64,000 bases of DNA. It comes from Chitinophagales bacterium. GTDB lineage: Bacteria > Bacteroidota > Bacteroidia > Chitinophagales > JABDMM01. Positions 39,102 through 46,839 of this stretch are shown here, piece by piece. The DNA lies in the NCBI GenBank assembly GCA_013001465.1, contig JABDMM010000123.1:8845-72844 (forward strand). The letters run 5' to 3'. Both the position numbers and the translations under genes were made by a program. The number at the start of each line of letters is the position of its first letter. Positions within the stretch are counted from its first letter, which is position 1. Below the pieces are notes generated by a model that was not told where the DNA came from, did no database searches, and was given only the letters and a program-made list of their open reading frames with translations.

Positions 39102-42100
39102 TCATCTCAATAAGGTAAGCGTACTGCTGATCACCTGATACTCACTTTCGGCTTTATTATAAAACTGCACAGAAACAGCGTAAACTGCCATTTTCTGAGG
39201 TCTGCCAAAAAAACTTCCATCCCAGCCTTCATCTGGATCATTGGTGTAAAACAGCTCATCTCCTAAGCGATTATAAATCCTGATCTCGATGTCATCAACG
39301 TTAAATGGATAGACGTAGAACTTATCATTAACTCCATCCCCGTTTGGCGAGAAGCCTGTAGGTATATTTACAAACGATGCATTCTCAATGCAGACCTCTT
39401 CAGAATGAACTCCACTGCAACCAAATTCATTTTGAATATCTAGTGATATGTTATATATCCCTGCATCTTCATAATTATATATAGGATTATCAAGTGGGGT
39501 GTAAAAAGCAAAGTTTCCATCACCAAACCCCCAGAAACCAACTGTGCCACCTTCACTTTTATCGACTATTTGGATGGTAGCATCATACAGTATGATGCAT
39601 TCTCTGTCTGGTGTCACTGAAAAATCTGCGATGACCCTGTTGTAAGCAGGCACCTTTACTTGAGCGGTCTCTTCGCAACCGTAGGCTGAAGTCACTGTCA
39701 CAGTATAGAATCTACCTGCCGCAGCCTTGATCAATGCCGTTTCCGAGTTTTTCTCGTCATTCCATCTATAAGTATATGTTCCTATCGGACTTACAAGCGC
39801 CTCAGCGAAGCCATTTTCATCTCCGAAACAAAGTTTGTCGCTGGTATCAAAACTAATAATGAATGGAGCTTCAACATCAACGTCGATAAATGCTGTGTCC
39901 GGTTCAGTGCAGATATCGCTCACTATAACATAATACTGATCACTTACAGGCGGCTGAATCAATATAGAACTACCATTTCCAAGACCATTGCTCCATTCAA
40001 AATTATAATAGCTCGGGAATCCTCCATTGGCATTTACTAAAAGCCGCACAAAATCTCCTTCACACAATGTAGTGTCTGCAAAAGGAACAATAATACTAAG
40101 TGAGTCATTCACCGAAACTAAAGAGGTGGTCGTTACACCACAATAAGTGTAGGAAATAGAATGTATACCCGGACCTGAATTAAATGGATTGAAAAAATTA
40201 CCGCTGAGACCGGTAAAACTACCACCTGCAGGAGCGCCGCTTACTGCGACCAGCGTATCCTGAAAACAATAACTGTTATCCAATCCATTTATAGATAGAG
40301 TAGGAGCAGGGGTGACAGTGACTGTCATCACGTCCCAGCATCCGTTTGTAGTTGCATAACCAATAGTGTGCTGACCTGCTCCGGCAATTCCCGGATCAAA
40401 TTCACCTGTTGAATTATTGATAATACCGGTACCACTCCAGAGACCACCACCTATATCTACTGGCAACAAAGCGGGATCTTCACTTACACAAAATGTGGTG
40501 TCTGTGAGGTTTGGATCTGGGTTGACAGGTATGACCATGCTGTCAATACAAGAATTGACTGAATAATATATCTTGTGATTGCCAGCACCGGCAACAGAAG
40601 GATCAAACTCTCCATTGGTGTTTGGGTTTATTATCCCGGGTCCCGACCAATTCCCTCCCCATGGGTTTCGCATGGTATTATTCCAATTCAGGATAACAAT
40701 AGAATCGGATTCACACATTGCATTGTATACTGAAGTAGCGATATCAGTGATCCGCACAAAAACGGTAATGGTATCAGTGCAGCCTCCGATGCTATAAACC
40801 AGATCAACTGTTGAATTGATATAGCCATTGTAGGATGGATCAAATACTCCATTAACGGGATCTGTAATACCGGGGCCAGACCAGTTACCACCTGGTGGAT
40901 CAAAATTACTCAGTGTTACAGGAGCTTCGCTAGGGCATGCATTGATATTCCAACCGGCAAAGATCTGAACCATATTCATCTCCAGCGTATCTGAGCATCC
41001 ATTAAGTGAGTATACCAGTTCATTTATTCCGGGCGGTGCAGAGGGTGGATCGAAAAGTCCGCTGGATGAATTTAGTATTCCATTCCCACTCCAACTTCCG
41101 CCATACGGTGAAAAAGGCAACTCAAAAGCATTTTGATTCTCACACGAAGTATCTCTCTGCGGAATAATGATGCTATCAACTAAGATCGCCTTTTGCGATG
41201 GAGGGCAACCGCTTACAGTATATTCTACTACATACACTCCCGAAACAGATGGAGTGAATAAACCACCGGGCGAAATGTTTGGTCCACTCCATGTGCCGCC
41301 AGCAGGGTTAAACCCGCTTACCGCAAACGGACCACTTCCGGGGCATGCAGCTTCATCTGGGCCTGCATAGGCTGGATTAACAATTATCGATTCGCTGCTG
41401 CTACATCCATTTACTGAATACATAACATTGTGAATGCCAGGTCCGGAACCGTTCGGGTCAAAGATCCCATTTATTGAATTTACAATACCTGGACCGGACC
41501 AGGTCCCACCAACTGGATTGGCAATGAGCGTTTGAAGGCTATCAGTTTCGCAGAATGGTCCCGCCGGAGCGATAACAGGAAGTGGATTCACATTTATAGT
41601 GATCTGATCCATTGCAGGTGGCGAACCACTTGCATCAGTAACAGTCACAAAATAGGTAGTTGTCGTTGCAGGGCAAACCGTATGATCACCAGGACCCGCC
41701 GGCAATGCTGGTGACCAGGTGTATACATAAGAAACCAGGTCTCCGCCACTGGCATCAGCGAATATGTCGGTGCACTCACCTTCACATATCGTGGTTGAAT
41801 TTGCCAGCAAAACCACTTGAAGGGGACAATCATCAACGGTGAAATTCCCATTGACCATCAGCTCCCATGGATTATCACAAAGATCCAGAAAGGTAGCATT
41901 AATGGTAACTCCATAGACTGCGCTTTGAATAATAGGACCGGAAAACTGAAGTTCGATCACACTAGTGGTATCATTGACACAATTTATCGGTATAATATTT
42001 ACCACAGAAGGAGCAGACGGACCAGACAGGAAAGCGCTTCCAGAAGCCAGAGAATCACAGTTGAGAGGAAAGTCAAATGACATCCTGAGCGTTGTCATAT

Positions 42101-42566
42101 TACAAGTTGGATTGTAAAAGCTATCTATAATTGGATCTGGAGGTTGAGTAACTACAGATGTCCACGATGCATCCCAACCTGAACAGGATACATTCCCATC
42201 AGATTTGAAATGAACTGTGAGGTAACCGCTCTGAGCAACAATTGCAGGAGGTACGTTGGTACCGCTGAATGGAATTCCAACTGAAGGAGATAAGGTATCC
42301 GGTCCATCAAAAAAGCGAAGGATATCAAAATTCAATTCAGTACAAAAACTATTAAAAGTAAGCACAATCGAATCAGCTTGCGGTACACAAATGGTAAAGA
42401 TGAAATTTTCATTATGTCCATAATTACCACCTGGATTACCTGCTTCGCTATCTAGGAAAATAGCATCGCATTCAAATACAATTGCATTGGAAATGGAGTA
42501 GGAGGGCTGTGCTAATAATGGATAAAAAGCTACAAGACTAAAGAATATGAGAATAACGGTCCTCAC
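39102..42566 (-). CDS. giant adhesin-like protein: N-terminal CUB-like domain, 7 GGxWSGxGI repeats, SprB-type and PKD-like modules, type-B (CHU_C / gliding-associated) T9SS C-terminal domain
   Basis: 1154 aa. GTG start overlaps the upstream stop (GTGA). The CUB-like pattern spans residues 33-136. The repeats read GG.WSG.GI....G.FDP...G.G.H.i.Y...C. C-terminal TGFSPNGDGVNDKFYVY...W.G is the type-B signature. Confidence 0.75.
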   Translation of the reverse strand: MRTVILIFFSLVAFYPLLAQPSYSISNAIVFECDAIFLDSEAGNPGGNYGHNENFIFTICVPQADSIVLTFNSFCTELNFDILRFFDGPDTLSPSVGIPFSGTNVPPAIVAQSGYLTVHFKSDGNVSCSGWDASWTSVVTQPPDPIIDSFYNPTCNMTTLRMSFDFPLNCDSLASGSAFLSGPSAPSVVNIIPINCVNDTTSVIELQFSGPIIQSAVYGVTINATFLDLCDNPWELMVNGNFTVDDCPLQVVLLANSTTICEGECTDIFADASGGDLVSYVYTWSPALPAGPGDHTVCPATTTTYFVTVTDASGSPPAMDQITINVNPLPVIAPAGPFCETDSLQTLIANPVGGTWSGPGIVNSINGIFDPNGSGPGIHNVMYSVNGCSSSESIIVNPAYAGPDEAACPGSGPFAVSGFNPAGGTWSGPNISPGGLFTPSVSGVYVVEYTVSGCPPSQKAILVDSIIIPQRDTSCENQNAFELPFSPYGGSWSGNGILNSSSGLFDPPSAPPGINELVYSLNGCSDTLEMNMVQIFAGWNINACPSEAPVTLSNFDPPGGNWSGPGITDPVNGVFDPSYNGYINSTVDLVYSIGGCTDTITVFVRITDIATSVYNAMCESDSIVILNWNNTMRNPWGGNWSGPGIINPNTNGEFDPSVAGAGNHKIYYSVNSCIDSMVIPVNPDPNLTDTTFCVSEDPALLPVDIGGGLWSGTGIINNSTGEFDPGIAGAGQHTIGYATTNGCWDVMTVTVTPAPTLSINGLDNSYCFQDTLVAVSGAPAGGSFTGLSGNFFNPFNSGPGIHSISYTYCGVTTTSLVSVNDSLSIIVPFADTTLCEGDFVRLLVNANGGFPSYYNFEWSNGLGNGSSILIQPPVSDQYYVIVSDICTEPDTAFIDVDVEAPFIISFDTSDKLCFGDENGFAEALVSPIGTYTYRWNDEKNSETALIKAAAGRFYTVTVTSAYGCEETAQVKVPAYNRVIADFSVTPDRECIILYDATIQIVDKSEGGTVGFWGFGDGNFAFYTPLDNPIYNYEDAGIYNISLDIQNEFGCSGVHSEEVCIENASFVNIPTGFSPNGDGVNDKFYVYPFNVDDIEIRIYNRLGDELFYTNDPDEGWDGSFFGRPQKMAVYAVSVQFYNKAESEYQVISSTLTLLR

Positions 42567-43000
42567 TTTCTTACGGTTATAATAGGTGTAACGACTTCAT
42601 TGCTCCAATTGCCTGCTCTGTCTTTCAGGCGAATGGTATATCTTGTAAATTCTTCTCCTCCGCTGCCAATAAGAAAAGTATTGCGTAAACGGATATTTAT
42701 ATCACCTTCAATGGCGATGGATGCATCTTCAGGAGCGAGTTGTGGTATATAGTAAAGGTCCGCTTTTTCGAGTCGATCATCTTTGACCCAAAGTGAATTT
42801 GAATCGGGATCAGAAAAGCCGAGATCTCCATCCCCATCTTCATAGTGGACAGTGATAACAATTGAATCTATGAATTCTACAACTTGCGTTTCACTGATAT
42901 TCTCCAGACTGATCTTTGGTACAGGATCACCGGAACCTGTCTCTCCGCAATTGATCAAAAGGATTCCACAACTTAGATATGTTAAGGCCAGCCTTTTCAT
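42563..43000 (-). CDS. small lipoprotein, unknown function
   Basis: 145 aa. Lipobox LLINC. Acidic YEDGDGDLGFSDPDSN loop. The start overlaps the upstream stop (TAATG). Confidence 0.5.
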   Translation of the reverse strand: MKRLALTYLSCGILLINCGETGSGDPVPKISLENISETQVVEFIDSIVITVHYEDGDGDLGFSDPDSNSLWVKDDRLEKADLYYIPQLAPEDASIAIEGDINIRLRNTFLIGSGGEEFTRYTIRLKDRAGNWSNEVVTPIITVRK

Positions 43001-43950
43001 TACTGAAGTTGAATTGAGAAATATATTTTTAAATGATCCGCACTGAATCTACCCGGGATCATGGTAACATCGTTCTGTAGAGGATCCTGGATTAAGATAC
43101 GTGCAAAAGCAGTTTCACCGAGGTCCCAGATGTTATCTGGATCGTCAACTGTAGCACGAAATTGATAATCAACATTCTGGCCGCTATATCCAATTTCGCT
43201 TGGAGGATTGCTAAGGTAGGTCATGCTATAAACTTGCGCATTTGCAAAATGGTCCCTGGATTTGGAGATCTCAAGACTGATGACAGACAAGTTGGAAATT
43301 GGACTCTCAAGATCTGAAACTCCAAGATAGATCTCTATCGTTGGTTCACCGAAAGGAATTATTATTGAACCGTTTCCAAAGTCTCTGGGATAAATTGGAT
43401 TGGATCCTGGTTTTTTGGCTGCAAATCCTGTCATCTGAGGAGCTCTATCAACAATAGTTGCAGTCTGTCCCATGATATCTTTAGCTCCACCATCGATCCA
43501 ATCAGATATGTTTTTTATGTATTCATCTTTCTTTTCCTCCCAATCGTTACCGGGATCGATCAGCAAAGGCATGATACCTGAATTACCACCCAGGTCTTTC
43601 GTGAGACGGCGATAAAGGATAGAGTTTTGATGATCTCCGGCTTTCACACGATAGTCTATCGGGTCATCGACATCATTTTTGATCAATGGATGATACACGA
43701 GAGTATTGTAAGAACTTTCGATGGTTCTGAAATCGGGTTCGAAACTACCATCGTGACAACCTGAGTTTGCACAAGTTGGTTTAAATATATTCTTGTAAAG
43801 CCCTTCGATTGAAGTCGCTGAAACATCAATTTGGTTTGTGTCTACCGGAATTTGATTGTATACATCAAACGGGTTTGGCGGATCGGTTTCACATGAAAGC
43901 ATCATCAGAGCGATCAGGATGAACAATGTATATGGTAATGCCTTCATCAT
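43000..43950 (-). CDS. lipoprotein, unknown function
   Basis: 316 aa. Lipobox MMLSC. The start overlaps the upstream stop (ATGA). Confidence 0.5.
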   Translation of the reverse strand: MMKALPYTLFILIALMMLSCETDPPNPFDVYNQIPVDTNQIDVSATSIEGLYKNIFKPTCANSGCHDGSFEPDFRTIESSYNTLVYHPLIKNDVDDPIDYRVKAGDHQNSILYRRLTKDLGGNSGIMPLLIDPGNDWEEKKDEYIKNISDWIDGGAKDIMGQTATIVDRAPQMTGFAAKKPGSNPIYPRDFGNGSIIIPFGEPTIEIYLGVSDLESPISNLSVISLEISKSRDHFANAQVYSMTYLSNPPSEIGYSGQNVDYQFRATVDDPDNIWDLGETAFARILIQDPLQNDVTMIPGRFSADHLKIYFSIQLQ

Positions 43951-45302
43951 ATCTGATCAAAAAATGATTGTGCAGCTCCGTCGATCAACCCCTCGCTGAT
44001 CACTTCGTTTTTTATTCCTAAGGCATCAGCGACAGTTAAAAGAGCATCTGATGCATCACCAATTGGATTGCTTTCCGAACCCTTCACGAGATTCGCATCG
44101 ATACCCGGACCTGCCATCATGCTGAAGATCCTTCTTGAGTTTGGATCAGAATCGTGATCAAATGCTTTGAAGTTGTTACCATCGATGATCGGATTTGGAT
44201 CTAAGTTTCTGCCATGTTCAGGAATAATAAGAACCATCGTATTTCCTGACATTGCAGGGATCTGGGTCTGAATATAATTCCAGATATGTCCTACACCATG
44301 ATCACAACGGTGCAAGTTTCTTAAATATGACGTGAAGCTGGAATGGCAGCTGTCGATAGAGTTCATATTGATGACTGTAAGCGTTGGCTCAAACCACTTC
44401 ATGACCTCGCAAGCATAACCCATGGTCGAAAGGTCTCCATTATCGTTAACCGGTGGAAATGCGATAGTACCCGAATCTTTCTTGATAAATGTTGTTTTTA
44501 TAAATTCCTTAATGTCGTGCTTCTCATCATCGGTATTGCTAACGCCATTCAGAGTTCCTGCATTGAATTGAAAAACATTATCCAGGAAAAATTGCATTTC
44601 ATAAATAGGTCCGAGCTCTTCTTCCGGGTGATAAGCTTTTGCATTTTTAATATTATTCTCACCGGGGTTCCCAAATGTTATATTTGGTGCAAGGAAATTT
44701 CCACCGAAGTCGGCACCAAAAAGTTCATGTGTACTATAATTTAAAAGCGGAACAGAGTTTCCAATACCATTTCCGACGAACCAAACTTTTGACGCAGGAA
44801 TTGATCTGTACTTTCGCAAATATTCAAATATTGTGGGATTTACCGGCCTTTCTTTTAAACCCTGAACGAAATTGTAGTTCCCGGTTAACAAGGTGTTCAA
44901 TCCAGAAAAGTGTCCGGTGCCACCTTGGGAATACGCTACTTCAGCAAAAGTGGTTCCTTGTGATTCTAATGATTGTGATAAAATTTTTGGTATAGGTTGA
45001 CCACCTTGAACGCCACCATTTATATCTGTGCCGTAAACGATCTTCTGAGACGGTGCTCCACCGGAGAATAAATTATAAAGGATATTCCCGTCGATATTGG
45101 TTTCACCTTGACTATCCGCGAGATATCTCTGAAGTACGGACTCTTGCTGTCTTACTCCGCCTGCAAAAAGCACAAGGACCACATGATCTACCATAGGTGC
45201 TGCAGAACGAGCAAATGCAGTTTTAGATGACATGAAATAAGGCATGCCAATGCCCGCAGATGCAGCGATCGCCGATGTTTTTATAAATTTTCTCCTTTTC
45301 AT
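43947..45302 (-). CDS. Tat-exported alkaline-phosphatase-superfamily protein (DUF1501-like)
   Basis: 451 aa. Twin-arginine signal MKRRKFIKTSAIAASAGIG. VVLVLFAGGVRQQES near the N-terminus and IIPEHGRN...FDHDSD near the C-terminus resemble the metal-site blocks of DUF1501/sulfatase-fold proteins. Confidence 0.5.
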   Translation of the reverse strand: MKRRKFIKTSAIAASAGIGMPYFMSSKTAFARSAAPMVDHVVLVLFAGGVRQQESVLQRYLADSQGETNIDGNILYNLFSGGAPSQKIVYGTDINGGVQGGQPIPKILSQSLESQGTTFAEVAYSQGGTGHFSGLNTLLTGNYNFVQGLKERPVNPTIFEYLRKYRSIPASKVWFVGNGIGNSVPLLNYSTHELFGADFGGNFLAPNITFGNPGENNIKNAKAYHPEEELGPIYEMQFFLDNVFQFNAGTLNGVSNTDDEKHDIKEFIKTTFIKKDSGTIAFPPVNDNGDLSTMGYACEVMKWFEPTLTVINMNSIDSCHSSFTSYLRNLHRCDHGVGHIWNYIQTQIPAMSGNTMVLIIPEHGRNLDPNPIIDGNNFKAFDHDSDPNSRRIFSMMAGPGIDANLVKGSESNPIGDASDALLTVADALGIKNEVISEGLIDGAAQSFFDQI

Positions 45303-45314
45303 TACTCGATCTTT

Positions 45315-45797
45315 TTAATAGAACATATATTCATCTGAGATCGCAAATGCAAAATAGACTTGTTCTACAGTTACGTTTGGATCGTTATTTATATAATCCC
45401 TGAAAAACTCTTTTTCAATTTCTGTAGGAGGTCTAACATAAAATCTCTTGTAAGTATCGATGACAAACTGGTCAATATCATCTCTCATTTCCGGATCTGA
45501 CGGTAAAATTACCGCAGGGTCATTCATAAAGCTGCTAATGATCAGCTCCCTTGCAAGTCGCTTATCCCCCAATGACTCAATGACACGCTCTAACTCCACA
45601 AGTCTGTTGGATGACAACGCTTTCTGAAATAGATTGGCATACAAAATGGAGACGTATTGCTTATCCGTTTTTTGTTTGCTCTTAACCGCATTCACAGGAA
45701 GAATATCTGTATCGACTATACCATAAGTATATGCGTCCTCTTTGCAAGATGTTGCAAAGAGTGAGAGCGTTATGATCATTATTAAAAATCGTCTCAT
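45315..45797 (-). CDS. lipoprotein, unknown function (helical)
   Basis: 160 aa. Lipobox LFATSC. Helical repeats ending ...FAISDEYMFY. Confidence 0.5.
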   Translation of the reverse strand: MRRFLIMIITLSLFATSCKEDAYTYGIVDTDILPVNAVKSKQKTDKQYVSILYANLFQKALSSNRLVELERVIESLGDKRLARELIISSFMNDPAVILPSDPEMRDDIDQFVIDTYKRFYVRPPTEIEKEFFRDYINNDPNVTVEQVYFAFAISDEYMFY

Positions 45798-45806
45798 GCT
45801 TTGGTG

Positions 45807-46688
45807 TTAAAAGTTTGAATAATCTTCATCGATCATGATGTACTGTTGAAGTTGTTGAAATGTATATCCTTCCTGAAGCAACAATTTCAATAAAGTTAAA
45901 GACTCATCTGCTGTGGCTTCACGACCCATCAATGTTTCAAACTGCCAACGGATCAATCCTTCGTAAAACTCTTCCGAGCTGGTTACTATATCCATGTAAT
46001 CTCCACGATTATGACCGTTCCTTCCAAGAAGTATAACAGAGGAGTTATCCTCTATCATTGTCCATGAATTGTCAAATTCATCTGTTGTAGGAAAACGATA
46101 ATAGAGATTGTCAAAAGTGGCATTGATAAAATTAAATGTATTCATATTGATCTCATCGTAAACCGAATTGTCGATCAATCTTCTAAAGACTTCACTGATG
46201 CTAATTTTATAGCTACGGAATTGATACTGAAGTCTAAGAACCCTTCTTAATTCTTTTATCTCATCACGCCAACGAGCAACCCCCGCTGAGTCTCCGGAAA
46301 GAGAATCCGATTCGAGTTGGAATGAAAATATACCGATACTTGTGTTGAGATCACCATCAGAGATGCCTTCGACCATTCTAACTTTAGAAATATCATAAAG
46401 GCGACGGTTGTATGCAATATGATATGAGGAATCACCTTCAACCCAATTAGAATCAAACTGAAGTTTTTGAACCAATGCAAGTTTTACTGAATCCGCTAGC
46501 CCGCCTTCCTTAATTAAACTGCTTTCTTGAACCATCTCATCGTCAATTGGCTCTCTCCCCAGTAGATCTATAAAACATTTGTTGACATAATTCTCTATGA
46601 TGATCGACGAAACAGCATTACTTCCGGGTGGATTGTTTCCGGGTATTAAAACTTCATCTTGTTTGCATGAAGTTAGAGTAACGATCAT
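45807..46688 (-). CDS. lipoprotein, unknown function (helical; LLGRE-type repeats); true start probably upstream at a non-ATG codon
   Basis: 293 aa from the first ATG, but the frame stays open upstream to 46739 and encodes (I)LLKNNILFVAFL-MIVTLTSC, a complete lipoprotein signal. Repeats FIDLLGREPIDDE and ETLMGREATADE. Confidence 0.5.
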   Translation of the reverse strand: MIVTLTSCKQDEVLIPGNNPPGSNAVSSIIIENYVNKCFIDLLGREPIDDEMVQESSLIKEGGLADSVKLALVQKLQFDSNWVEGDSSYHIAYNRRLYDISKVRMVEGISDGDLNTSIGIFSFQLESDSLSGDSAGVARWRDEIKELRRVLRLQYQFRSYKISISEVFRRLIDNSVYDEINMNTFNFINATFDNLYYRFPTTDEFDNSWTMIEDNSSVILLGRNGHNRGDYMDIVTSSEEFYEGLIRWQFETLMGREATADESLTLLKLLLQEGYTFQQLQQYIMIDEDYSNF

Positions 46689-46784
46689 TAAAAAGGCAAC
46701 GAATAGAATATTGTTCTTTAACAGTATGAGATACGGATTTTAGTATATTATAAATATAAGAAAGTTGGTTCGTAAATCCTTAAA

Positions 46785-46812
46785 CAAAAAAAGGAGGGAT
46801 ACCCCTCCTTTT
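46785..46812 (-). terminator. rho-independent terminator downstream of the 580-aa gene
   Basis: Perfect 7-bp GC-rich stem AGGAGGG (46792-46798) / CCCTCCT (46803-46809) with loop ATAC. On the minus strand it is followed by a run of 8 T. Confidence 0.6.
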
Positions 46813-46839
46813 GAATATATCAATTAGCAATTGGGTTTG

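Noticed and set aside
43000-43950. Possible haem-binding site (TCANSGCHDG) in the 316-aa lipoprotein
   Set aside because: The spacing is CX4CH, not the canonical CXXCH. It is a single occurrence with no other cytochrome features, so a cytochrome call is not supportable from sequence alone.
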